Shown: positions 8,090 to 17,148, counted from the first letter of the stretch. The stretch: 40,815 bases of DNA from Candidatus Woesebacteria bacterium (GCA_050115675.1 JASFQB010000001.1:162616-203430), one strand, 5' to 3'. Translations and numbers: made by a program. Notes: generated by a model from the sequence alone, not told the origin.

Positions 8090-11000
8090 GTGTTTTTTGT
8101 GGTTAGACGTGCTTGTCGTGCGTGCGGTTACTTTGTTGCTATTTTGTTGGTTTCTTTGCTGCAGTCGTCAATCTGCAGTGCTTTAGTGCCATACGCTGCA
8201 TCGTCGGTTATTGGACAAGAATCATTTGATTATGGCTATAAAGGGCCGCAGTCTGTGGGTGCACCTTATGGTGTTAGTTTGGATGCCTCGTCTCATTTGC
8301 TTTTTATCGCAGATCAAAGTAAGAATCGAGTACTTGTGTTTGAGACGGATCCAATAAGCAATAAGCCAGCTAGCAAAACTGCTGTTCATGTTTTGGGTCA
8401 GCCAAATTTTGCGACCTATAGTGCAGGTAGTGGCGATAGTGGTATAAGCTGTCCACAGGGGGTATTTGCGGATAGTGCAAATAAAAAGCTTTATGTGGTT
8501 GATGGCGATAATAATAGGGTTGTAATCTTTGATTATTCGTTGGGAATTACTGATGGTATGGCTGCAAGTGATGTTTTGGGTCAGCCTGACTTTACTACGA
8601 CATCAGCTGGAACTACCAGTTCTAAGATGTATTATCCCGTTGGCATAGCTATGGATAGTGTGGAGCATAGGCTATTTATTGCTGAAGATGGCAACAATCG
8701 TGTTTTAGTGTTTAACCTTAACTCAAGTAATGTTTTGGTAGACTATACTGCTGACAATGTGCTTGGGCAAAGCAATTTCACTTCAAGCAGTGCGGCCACA
8801 ACAAGGTCTGGCTTATTTTCGCCAGCGTCTGTGGCTATGGATAGTGTGAATAATAGATTGTACATATCGGATAAGCGTAACAGTAGGGTGATAATTCATG
8901 ATATTTCCACAATATCGGACGGACAGGATGCCGTGGCGATGCTTGGACAGGTTGACTATTTTTCTAGGGTTACTGGCACTACTGCATCTAATTTTTATTA
9001 TTGTGATGGTATTGCGGTTGATATTGCAGGACATAGACTGTTCGTGTCGGAGCAAAATAATTATCGAATACTAGAATTCGACCTAGACTCGACAAACTTA
9101 CCAATTGACGGCGTGGCAGATGGTGTTATTGGTCAGACAGATTTTGTTTCAAGAAGTACAAGATATCTTGACATGGACACAGACACAATTGCTGCTGGTC
9201 AAGCTTTAATGTTTGATCCTATTAATAACTATTTGTATGCTTCAAACTACTTTTTGGATCGTGTAGGAATATTTGACGTGTCGTCAATTACGACTGGTGA
9301 GGACGTTGTGGACTTGATCGGTATGCAGCGCTATACTAGCGACTCGGTTGTGGACGTTGTGCGTCATCGTTTATTTGTTGTTGAATCGCAAGGCAATCGA
9401 GTTATGGTATATAATTTGGATTCCAATAACAACTTGATAGACACCACGCCAGACAATGTAATTGGCCAGTTGACGTTGGTTAGCCAAATTTCAGGCACGT
9501 CGGCCTCTAGGCTCAATTGCATTGATGCTTCGTGTTCAGTGGATTATGACGCCGATAGAGATATGTTATTTGTGGGTGATGGCGCCAATGGGCGTGTGTT
9601 ACTTTTTGATCTGTCAAGCGGCATAACTAATGGCATGGATGCCACGTATGTCTTGGGTAAGCCAGATTTTACGGATGCTTCATGTGGTAGTCCGACACAA
9701 CGAGATATGTGTGCTAACCACGGGGGGTTAACGTATGACTCTGTGAATAAAAGACTGTTTGTGGTGGATGGGTATAACTATCGTGTTTTGGTGTTTGATT
9801 TAACTACGCTTGAATCGTATAAGACTGCTTCGTATGTAATAGGTCAATCTGATTTTACTAGCTCAGATTATGGTACGTCTGCTACGCGGATGACATTAGA
9901 TTATGCGGGAATTAAAATCGATCCAACAACTCAATATCTATATGTTTCTGATGCCGAGAATAATCGAGTTATGGTATTTAATGCCTCGCCAGCTACCATT
10001 GCTAACGGCATGAGCGCCTCATATGTTATAGGCCAGCCAGACTTTACTAGCTCAGACTATGGTACTAGTCAGCAGTCTTTTGATTATCCCCAGGGCCTAG
10101 CGCTAGATACGTCGCGACAAGAGTTATATGTATTTGGATGGGGTAACATGCGAGTGATGCGTTTTGATCTGTCAAATCTTGCAACAAATATGAGCGCATC
10201 TGCGGTCATAGGCCAGCCGGATTTCACAACTGGCTCCACGAGAGTTGCTTCTCAGACGGCCTTCAGATCCGATAGTATAAACATGGGCTTTGATGTGGCA
10301 AACCGTCGACTGTATTTACCAGATTCCGTCAATCATCGCGTAATGGTGTTTGAGCTTGCGCACATATCAACCGCGACACTAAGTGATGCTACGGTAGGTG
10401 TTAATTATTCGGCGACCATTGAATCATCTGGAATACAGGGCACTGCTAGCTACTCGTTAGCTTCTGGGACACTGCCTACAGGACTCAGCTTTGATGCTTC
10501 TACTCATAAAATATCCGGTATGCCAACCCAGTCTGGAACATACACGTTCTCGATTAGTGTCGCTGATGATAATGGAGCGGTGGGTATAAATACGGATACT
10601 CGTTCCTACAGCTTGACAGTCGAGAATGGCGGCTCTGGGGGTGGAACCGACCCGTCTGGTGGTAGCGGCACCAGTTCAGCTAGTGCAGAAAGTGCTTCTG
10701 TCCGAGGTAGGGCATATGTGTATGCGCAGAGCGATGAAGAGCTTTTAACGCAGACGTCCTTAGACGAAATGTATCTAAGCTCTGTCACAGGTTTTTCAAG
10801 TATTTCTGGTCAGACCATAGACATTGTTATTGGGCAGGTAGTACACATGTCTTTGCAGAGTGGCCAGCAGCATACTGTAACTCTTAAATCTATAGCATCA
10901 GATCAAAGATCGGTAGTTGTTACTTTTGCCTCAACTCCACAAGATGTAACGCTTGATTGGAACGTTGCCAGGCCTGTTGATCTTGATGCTGATGGCAATC

Positions 11001-11239
11001 CTGATGTGATGGCTACTCTTGTTGATGTTGATGATGACGATACGGTTAGCTTAAACCTGAGGGATGTTAGTCTGCCAGTCGATCAATCGGCAACTGTCTT
11101 TAATGACGACGCTCAGAGCTTGAAGATGGACAATAGCGACGACAACTTTTGGGGAATTGCTGTGCTGATAATTGGAGCAATCGCAGTGCTTGTGGTCGCG
11201 ACTATTGGTGTAGTTGTTGCAAAAAAACGATATCAATAA
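8090..11239 (+). CDS. Giant surface protein: signal peptide, 12 NHL-type beta-propeller repeats, Ig-like domain, G/S linker, C-terminal module, TM tail anchor
   Basis: Twelve repeats of the form VLGQPDFT..(S/T)..G followed by N.RV.VFD(L). He_PIG/cadherin-like segment TLPTGLSFDASTHKISGMPTQSGTYTFSISVADDNG. C-terminal hydrophobic helix WGIAVLIIGAIAVLVVATIGVVVAKKRYQ. Confidence 0.8.
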   Translation: MFFVVRRACRACGYFVAILLVSLLQSSICSALVPYAASSVIGQESFDYGYKGPQSVGAPYGVSLDASSHLLFIADQSKNRVLVFETDPISNKPASKTAVHVLGQPNFATYSAGSGDSGISCPQGVFADSANKKLYVVDGDNNRVVIFDYSLGITDGMAASDVLGQPDFTTTSAGTTSSKMYYPVGIAMDSVEHRLFIAEDGNNRVLVFNLNSSNVLVDYTADNVLGQSNFTSSSAATTRSGLFSPASVAMDSVNNRLYISDKRNSRVIIHDISTISDGQDAVAMLGQVDYFSRVTGTTASNFYYCDGIAVDIAGHRLFVSEQNNYRILEFDLDSTNLPIDGVADGVIGQTDFVSRSTRYLDMDTDTIAAGQALMFDPINNYLYASNYFLDRVGIFDVSSITTGEDVVDLIGMQRYTSDSVVDVVRHRLFVVESQGNRVMVYNLDSNNNLIDTTPDNVIGQLTLVSQISGTSASRLNCIDASCSVDYDADRDMLFVGDGANGRVLLFDLSSGITNGMDATYVLGKPDFTDASCGSPTQRDMCANHGGLTYDSVNKRLFVVDGYNYRVLVFDLTTLESYKTASYVIGQSDFTSSDYGTSATRMTLDYAGIKIDPTTQYLYVSDAENNRVMVFNASPATIANGMSASYVIGQPDFTSSDYGTSQQSFDYPQGLALDTSRQELYVFGWGNMRVMRFDLSNLATNMSASAVIGQPDFTTGSTRVASQTAFRSDSINMGFDVANRRLYLPDSVNHRVMVFELAHISTATLSDATVGVNYSATIESSGIQGTASYSLASGTLPTGLSFDASTHKISGMPTQSGTYTFSISVADDNGAVGINTDTRSYSLTVENGGSGGGTDPSGGSGTSSASAESASVRGRAYVYAQSDEELLTQTSLDEMYLSSVTGFSSISGQTIDIVIGQVVHMSLQSGQQHTVTLKSIASDQRSVVVTFASTPQDVTLDWNVARPVDLDADGNPDVMATLVDVDDDDTVSLNLRDVSLPVDQSATVFNDDAQSLKMDNSDDNFWGIAVLIIGAIAVLVVATIGVVVAKKRYQ

Positions 11240-11280
11240 AACTACTCTTCAGGTGAATGTAAATACTGTTCTTGAGAGTC

Positions 11281-11289
11281 TGCTATAAT
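11281..11289 (+). promoter_or_regulatory. Extended -10 element TGCTATAAT, candidate leaderless promoter
   Basis: Ends 6 nt before ATG 11296. The spacer aacaca lacks an SD. Confidence 0.45.
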
Positions 11290-11295
11290 AACACA

Positions 11296-11979
11296 ATGAT
11301 ACACAAAAGTTTGGCTGCTTTTGACATTGACAGAACGTTAAGTAGGGAGTTCTTGGTCGTTCCAATTATGCGTGCCGAAGTGGAGTCTGGTCTTTTGGCT
11401 AGTGAGGTATTTACAGAGGTAATGAGATTACTCGCAGTGTTAAAAAGTGGCAAGCTAGGATATGAAGACACGGCACATCAAATACTAACGGTTCACGCAG
11501 AAGGGCTACAGGGTAGGACTGTCGATGAGCTATTTAGAAATTCACGTACATTTTTAAGTGATCATACTGAGCTGTTCCGTCAATTTGGTAGCGAAGTCAT
11601 GAGTTTGCTTCATTCAACGCATAAACTTTTGGCTGTGACCGCCGAGCCAGAGTATATGGCGCAGGCAGTTGTTGAAACGCTAGATATGGATGGAGCTATA
11701 TCAAGCGTATATCAAACTGAAGATGGGCAATTTACTGGTAAAGTAAATAGGTCGCTAGCGTATCGTAGAGAAAAACGTCGTCTTTTGGGTGAAATGCGAC
11801 CTGATTTTGCTTTTGGCGACAGTGTAGGTGACGCAGATATGCTTTTGCATGCGCATCATGCCTTCTGCATTAACCCAGATGTTGAGCTTGCTGCTATAGC
11901 CCAAAGGCACAATTGGAGAGTATTTAACGGCGAAGAAGACACTGAAAAAATCATTCAATCTATCTCATGCTGTTTATGA
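11296..11979 (+). CDS. HAD-superfamily hydrolase (subfamily IB / SerB-like)
   Basis: Motif I AAFDIDRTL (DxDxT) and motif IV GDSVGDADML. Confidence 0.75.
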   Translation: MIHKSLAAFDIDRTLSREFLVVPIMRAEVESGLLASEVFTEVMRLLAVLKSGKLGYEDTAHQILTVHAEGLQGRTVDELFRNSRTFLSDHTELFRQFGSEVMSLLHSTHKLLAVTAEPEYMAQAVVETLDMDGAISSVYQTEDGQFTGKVNRSLAYRREKRRLLGEMRPDFAFGDSVGDADMLLHAHHAFCINPDVELAAIAQRHNWRVFNGEEDTEKIIQSISCCL

Positions 11980-12010
11980 TATGTTTCCTTGACGACTGAT
12001 CAGCCATTTC

Positions 12011-12280
12011 ATGTTTGGAATCCATCTTGATTCACCTCAGCCCCTCCCTAATCAGTTGGGGCTACAATATAAGTGGTATGGAGGACGATCTAATCGATTT
12101 GCTGCTAGCGTCGCCAGACAGCATGACCCGATATTCAAGGCTTTGTACGAGAAGAAACGAGCTGAAGGAAAGACCTACACGGTTGCGGTTTGCATAGTGG
12201 CGCGAAAAATGCTCACCGTGATACGCGCCATTTGGCTGGGCGATGTGGACTGCCAATTGCCGGAAACAAAAACCACCTGA
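12011..12280 (+). pseudogene. IS110-family transposase remnant (C-terminal fragment of about 85 aa only)
   Basis: ARQHDPIFKALYEKKRAEGKTYTVAVCIVARKMLTVIRAIW matches the conserved C-terminal tail of IS110/IS116/IS902 transposases. The DEDD catalytic N-terminal domain is absent and the fragment abuts the HAD stop. Confidence 0.65.
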
Positions 12281-12400
12281 AGGCTCAAGCATGAGCTTGA
12301 GCGCTCGGGTGGTGCCCTCTGGACACCACGCCTCCCGAAGTTGCTCGGGAATTGCGATGCCCAGAGGGTTGATACAGGTTGGCGTCAGGTGACGCCTAGC

Positions 12401-12862
12401 TCACTCCGTCGGCGCTTGCCACACGACGCTGCCACCGAAGGTGACGAGCCGGGGGCTGACGCGCAGCACGTAGGTGCCAGCGCCGCTCGCGGCCAGGTCG
12501 TACGTCCACCCGTTCAGGTAGATCCCGACACCGCGGAAGCGGTATTCGAGATCCTTGATCACGGGGATGGGCGACGTGAGTCCGTGCGCGTCCGAGTGCT
12601 CGCCGATCTTCTTGAACGTGAACTCGATTTCCTCGTTCTTGCCGTAGGGCTTGTGGTCCCAGAAGATGTGGAGGCGGTCGGCCACGGTGGACGCGAGGAG
12701 TTCGCAGATCCGCTCGCGCATCTCCGGCGTCGAGGTGTTGCCGCTCATCTTCGGGTCGGACACGTAGACGCGCTCGGTGAAGAAGAGCCTGATGGCCTCG
12801 GCGGGGTCGGAGACGGCGTACGGGAACGCGGTGGGCTCGGTGTGGCTTGTGGAGGTGCTCAT
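12401..12862 (-). CDS. Hypothetical protein on a high-GC (foreign-looking) segment
   Basis: Hand counts of three 60-nt samples (12421-12600) give 62-70% G+C. Flanking samples at 11281-11340 and 13501-13560 give 33-47%. ATG at 12862 follows aaAGGAtggtacctgaa. No family recognised. Confidence 0.65.
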   Translation of the reverse strand: MSTSTSHTEPTAFPYAVSDPAEAIRLFFTERVYVSDPKMSGNTSTPEMRERICELLASTVADRLHIFWDHKPYGKNEEIEFTFKKIGEHSDAHGLTSPIPVIKDLEYRFRGVGIYLNGWTYDLAASGAGTYVLRVSPRLVTFGGSVVWQAPTE

Positions 12863-12941
12863 TTCAGGTACCATCCTTTCGGAATGGTCGTAGGGAATGG
12901 CATGTGCAACGGTACGCCTGTACGTACTTAGCACTTTATAC

Positions 12942-12970
12942 ATAATAGCATAAGACCTTTAATATGTCAA
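12942..12970 (-). promoter_or_regulatory. Near-consensus sigma70-type promoter, TTGACA-17 nt-TATTAT
   Basis: On the minus strand, TTGACA (12965-12970), a 17-nt spacer and TATTAT (12942-12947). This lies about 80 nt upstream of ATG 12862. Confidence 0.55.
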
Positions 12971-13452
12971 GGGTTACGTAAATTTTGCCAAATCTCCTGA
13001 CACAAACAGAATGACTTGACATGGGTATATGAGGCCTTCCAGATAAATCAAAAAAAGAACTTGATGACCGCAAAAAGCACACGTTTGTTAACGATAGCGG
13101 CAAAATCAGAGTAATGCCAGGTTGGATATAAGCATCGATAGCGCTCGATATTCAACGTTGGGCGCTATTTTAATGTTAATCCGTTTTGTGCGGTAGATCG
13201 CTAGCCGATAATATTGCATTCGTTATCAATTGCAATTGCCCGAGCACTAAGGGAGATATTGAAGAAACGGCAGATCCAATCGCGGACAGTGCAAATTCGT
13301 TTTAATAGCCCATCTGTAAGTGTCGTTATGAATAATCAACAGCATGAAATTATATAATGCAAGGATGCTTAGAGTTTTGGGCAACTATGTATTTGCAATT
13401 AAGTCAGAGTGGCTGTTATACTAAAAGTGATTAAGCTTTGAGGTTTGGGGAA

Positions 13453-16002
13453 ATGGCAAAACTTAAACGTGTTTGTCTGCTGGTTTTGGGGCTGTTTATG
13501 TCGTTGTTTTCGGCAACCGTTACAAATGTCGGAACAGCATATTCTATGAGCGGCAGTGGAACATCTGAGGATCCCTACCAAATTGCCACTTGTAGTGACC
13601 TGCAAGATATCTCTTTACACACAAGCTCTTATTATGTATTAACGGGCGACATCGATTGCTCAGAATCATCATCTTGGAACGGTGGTTTGGGTTTTGCGCC
13701 GATCAATGGTTTTAGTGGCTCGCTAAACGGGCAGGGCTATAAAATCGAAAACTTTACCATAAATCGTGCAGGCACAAGCAATATAGGCATGTTTGGGTCG
13801 AGTGCAGGCGCTGCCACTATTCAAAACCTATCTTTTATTGGTGCATCTGTGACGGGTGGTAGTTATACTGGCGTACTGATCGGCCTAAACAGTAGCGGTA
13901 CAACCATTCAAAAAGTTGCTATTAGCGGATCGGTAACGGGCACGACCGATGCTGGACTGTTGGCTGGTTCGTTAAGGACTGGCTCGTCAGTATCTGAAGT
14001 AGCGGTTACGGGTACGCTGTATGCCTCAAGCTCATACTCTGGCGGTATGGTTGGTATTTTGCGAGATAGCACAATCACCAACAGCTACGCCAACGTGACC
14101 ATGACTGGCAATACAAACTCGGTTGCAGGTTTGGCTGGTTCGGTTTACACAAACAGCGGCACCGCCGGTATTACTAACAGTTACAGTGCGGGCAGTATTG
14201 CATCAACATCCAACCAGGCAGGGCTCGTCGGCGAGACCGCAACAAGCGGCAGCACAATGACATTTACTAATAACTTTAGCGTTATGTCTTTGCAAGCAAG
14301 TGGCAGCCGAGGCGCAATGTTTGGTTTTATGGTTAGTGGTACTGGTCAAATGAATATTAGTGGACAATATTTTGACGCTACTGCTGCCAATTCATTAAAC
14401 TGCAATAACACATATTCGATAGCTGGTTGTACTGCGGTAAATACCGACGGTACAGATGGCTCTCATTTCGAAAACACCACAGCTGTTGCGCCACTTAGCA
14501 GCTGGGATTTTACAAATGTTTGGCAGCAAACCAGCGGACTGCCAACCTTGCGTAATGCCAGCTTTCCGTCAACTCCTGGCACCCCAACTGATTTAACGGT
14601 CACGGCAGGCACAAGCGAGACGGCTGAGCTTAGCTGGACAGCGCCAAGCGACGGCGGCTCAAGTATTACAGACTACTCTATTCAGTATCAAGTTGAAGGC
14701 GCAGGCAGCTGGACTAGCTGGAGTCACACGGCATCGGCAGCGACATCTGCCTCCGTAACTGGGCTTACGAATGGTACCACGTATTTGTTTCGCGTTGCTG
14801 CCGTAAATGGCATGGGCATGGGTAGCTATGCCACCTCGAGCGGTACGTTGATAGCAACAACACCGTCCGATCCTCTAGATTTTGCCGTATCTACAAGTGA
14901 CCAAACTGCCAGCTTAAGCTGGACAACACCTACGGATGACGGTGGTCAAAGCATTACGGATTACTTTATTCAGTATCAGCTTCAAGGCGCAGGCAGCTGG
15001 ACAACGTGGTCGCACTCAGCCAGTGTTAGCACCTCATCTTCAATAACCAGCCTTACTAATGGCGAATATTACGGCTTTAGAGTTGCTGCTATAAATTCTA
15101 TGGGCGCTAGCTCTTATGCTACACTTTCGTCTATATTAGTGGCAACTACGCCAAGCGCACCGCAAAGCTTAACGATTATATCTGGCAGCGATGTTGATTT
15201 GTCATGGTCTGCACCTGCTGACAATGGCGGTAGCGCGGTAACTGGATACGATTTTTATTATAGAATACACGGTGCTTCTAGCTGGACCGAAGTTGCTGAT
15301 TTAACAAGCGCTAGCTATACGCTAAGCGGACTTACGTCAGGTACATATTATGACTACAAAGTAGCGGCCAAAAACGTAAAAGGCGAAGGAGCTGCTCTTC
15401 AGCAAGACAACGTTTTGTATAGCTACAGTTCGGGTGGGTCCTCATCTTCATCGTCAACTTCTAGCTCAGGCGGCTCATCATATATAACAACAAGGGCAGT
15501 TGCCAGCTTGCTAAATAGTGACGATGATTCAACAACAGTTGCTATTGATTTGGACGATTTGGCAGATTACATAAGTGGCAAAGCTCAAGAATTAAGTCTG
15601 TCTTTGCAGCAAGTAGTCAGTTTTACAATAGAGCGCAATGGCTTAACAGAGACTCATACAGCTACAATTACAGAGATAAATAATGATTATATAATGCTAA
15701 CAGTAAGATCAACTCCATTTACACTGCGTATCGATTTAGGCGAGACGAAACCAATAATAATTGATGGGTCAGAGGTTATGAGAGTTAGCTACTTAGGTCT
15801 TAATGCTGATGGGCAAGCTGATTTAACGTTTACGCAAGTTAGTGCGCAAGATGTGTCTGATACTGAAAATGACCAAATAGTAGAGCCTTCAGTAGAAGAA
15901 AGCGATAGTAGTTTAGGTATTATGGTGGCAATTGGATCTGTTTTAGCATTAGTTATTTATATAGTTTTGATGGCGCTTAAGCGAAAAAACAAAGTTAGTT
16001 AG
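13453..16002 (+). CDS. Giant surface protein: signal peptide, GLUG-repeat region, three FN3 domains, Ser-rich linker, C-terminal module, TM tail anchor
   Basis: MAKLKRVCLLVLGLFMSLF signal and the PYQI..C.DLQDI start typical of GLUG proteins. Repeated G(L/M)(L/V)(A/G)G motifs. Three roughly 95-aa units with LSW..P.D(D)GG..IT(D/G)Y and Y.FRVAA.N. C-terminal helix LGIMVAIGSVLALVIYIVLMALKRK. Confidence 0.8.
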   Translation: MAKLKRVCLLVLGLFMSLFSATVTNVGTAYSMSGSGTSEDPYQIATCSDLQDISLHTSSYYVLTGDIDCSESSSWNGGLGFAPINGFSGSLNGQGYKIENFTINRAGTSNIGMFGSSAGAATIQNLSFIGASVTGGSYTGVLIGLNSSGTTIQKVAISGSVTGTTDAGLLAGSLRTGSSVSEVAVTGTLYASSSYSGGMVGILRDSTITNSYANVTMTGNTNSVAGLAGSVYTNSGTAGITNSYSAGSIASTSNQAGLVGETATSGSTMTFTNNFSVMSLQASGSRGAMFGFMVSGTGQMNISGQYFDATAANSLNCNNTYSIAGCTAVNTDGTDGSHFENTTAVAPLSSWDFTNVWQQTSGLPTLRNASFPSTPGTPTDLTVTAGTSETAELSWTAPSDGGSSITDYSIQYQVEGAGSWTSWSHTASAATSASVTGLTNGTTYLFRVAAVNGMGMGSYATSSGTLIATTPSDPLDFAVSTSDQTASLSWTTPTDDGGQSITDYFIQYQLQGAGSWTTWSHSASVSTSSSITSLTNGEYYGFRVAAINSMGASSYATLSSILVATTPSAPQSLTIISGSDVDLSWSAPADNGGSAVTGYDFYYRIHGASSWTEVADLTSASYTLSGLTSGTYYDYKVAAKNVKGEGAALQQDNVLYSYSSGGSSSSSSTSSSGGSSYITTRAVASLLNSDDDSTTVAIDLDDLADYISGKAQELSLSLQQVVSFTIERNGLTETHTATITEINNDYIMLTVRSTPFTLRIDLGETKPIIIDGSEVMRVSYLGLNADGQADLTFTQVSAQDVSDTENDQIVEPSVEESDSSLGIMVAIGSVLALVIYIVLMALKRKNKVS

Positions 16003-16129
16003 TTTAAGCTGTTTTTAGACTTAGCTTGGTTAAGCGTAAAAGTGCTAATTTACTTGTTTTGCGTTATAATGTTACATGTAAGTTACAGTCATACAAAACG
16101 GAGGTAACATAGTTGGTCTGATATCCAGG

Positions 16130-16558
16130 ATGCTGGGTTTTGATAAGATGTGGCGCGAAGTCAAAAGCCAAACAAGGCAGTGCTTTGTGAGTGCATACGA
16201 GACGGTTTGCAGAGGTTTTGAAACTAATGTTCCGTACAGCGTAGACCAGCTTAGGCTCGCGGCCGCGAATGGTCAGACAGTAAACCTGATTGCTGATTTG
16301 TCTGGCGTGGAATTCGGATTTAGACTACTCCCCGAAACGTTGAGTCCTGCCTCAGTGCATGTTAGGCATGTAACGCTAAAAATTGGTGGCAAAACTCAAC
16401 AATGTAAACAGAATGAACATCGCAGACTCACCTTTGTAAACCACAATGGCTACATTAAAGTGGTGACTGGTTGGGTGCAGGCGTTGAGGGGTGCTCGTGT
16501 ATATCGAGCACCCTTGCAAATAGCTTGCGTATTGATAGGTTTTCTATTGTATCATTGA
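16130..16558 (+). CDS. Hypothetical protein (weak call)
   Basis: 142-aa ORF with no clear SD. The only strong SD (GGAGG, 16100-16104) serves a 2-codon TTG mini-ORF. A 9-bp hairpin (16489-16513) lies inside the ORF. No family recognised. Confidence 0.3.
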   Translation: MLGFDKMWREVKSQTRQCFVSAYETVCRGFETNVPYSVDQLRLAAANGQTVNLIADLSGVEFGFRLLPETLSPASVHVRHVTLKIGGKTQQCKQNEHRRLTFVNHNGYIKVVTGWVQALRGARVYRAPLQIACVLIGFLLYH

Positions 16559-16617
16559 CATTTTTAAATTAATATTATATTTTAGTTGTGAGCTCGTTCT
16601 AATCACTAGGGGGCATT

Positions 16618-17028
16618 GTGAGCTGTTGTTCTATCATAGAGCGTGCAAAGCGCCCGTTGAAATTTATGGGAGTAGGCGTATTTATGACAGCAGTTAACGC
16701 AGGAGTGCTCGTGCTGCTTGTTGACGGATTTGGAATGTTGCCTGTTGCGGCAAACCTCTCTAGAGTGGCATTTACTACGCAGTTGCACTTTTTGCTTCAT
16801 CGCAAGTTTACTTGGAAAGGCAATCATGTCACTACGCTTTGGCAGCAGTGGTATCGCTATCACTTGTTAAAAGTGCTAAGTGTTTTAATGGGGCAGTTGG
16901 GCTTTATGTTGTTTTACTTGTTGGCTGGCTTGCCCTGTGTTCTTGCATTTTTGGCCAGTATTACACTAGTAGGCGTATTAAACCTTCTGCTTTTTGACAA
17001 ACTTGTATTTATGCTTGCAAAAAAGTAA
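16618..17028 (+). CDS. GtrA-like family membrane protein
   Basis: FMGVGVFMTAVNAGVLVLLVD..GMLPVAANLSRVAFTTQLHFLLHRKFTW matches the GtrA pattern (..G..n..v...l......p..A...a.......f.l.r.wtF). Four TM segments. Confidence 0.75.
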   Translation: MSCCSIIERAKRPLKFMGVGVFMTAVNAGVLVLLVDGFGMLPVAANLSRVAFTTQLHFLLHRKFTWKGNHVTTLWQQWYRYHLLKVLSVLMGQLGFMLFYLLAGLPCVLAFLASITLVGVLNLLLFDKLVFMLAKK

Positions 17029-17041
17029 TATCTGTTAGCTC

Positions 17042-17064
17042 GCCCCCGCTGATATAGCGGGGGC
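17042..17064 (+). terminator. GC-rich hairpin after the GtrA-like gene (no U-tract)
   Basis: Stem gcccccgct (17042-17050) / agcgggggc (17056-17064). It is followed by an A-rich rather than a T-rich tract. Confidence 0.4.
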
Positions 17065-17148
17065 ATTAAAATAAAAAAGGTGTTGCAATGTGCTAAAATA
17101 TATGATTTAATAGTCATGTTCATCGTACCGTCTATGAAAGGGCTAAAG

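Noticed and set aside
12011-12280. An active insertion sequence
   Set aside because: Only the C-terminal 85 codons or so of an IS110-type transposase are present. There is no catalytic domain and I could find no recognisable element ends, so it is a relic.
12341-12931. 196-aa plus-strand ORF across the high-GC island
   Set aside because: It is antisense to the 12401-12862 ORF and rich in Arg/Gly/Ala/Pro, as expected for a shadow frame in GC-rich DNA. It has no SD. The minus-strand ORF has an SD, a promoter and ordinary protein-like composition.
14566-15395. Diversity-generating retroelement (template/variable repeat pair), suggested by the repeated DNA
   Set aside because: The repeats are in-frame FN3 domain duplications, with differences not restricted to adenines. 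There is no reverse transcriptase or accessory gene in the window.
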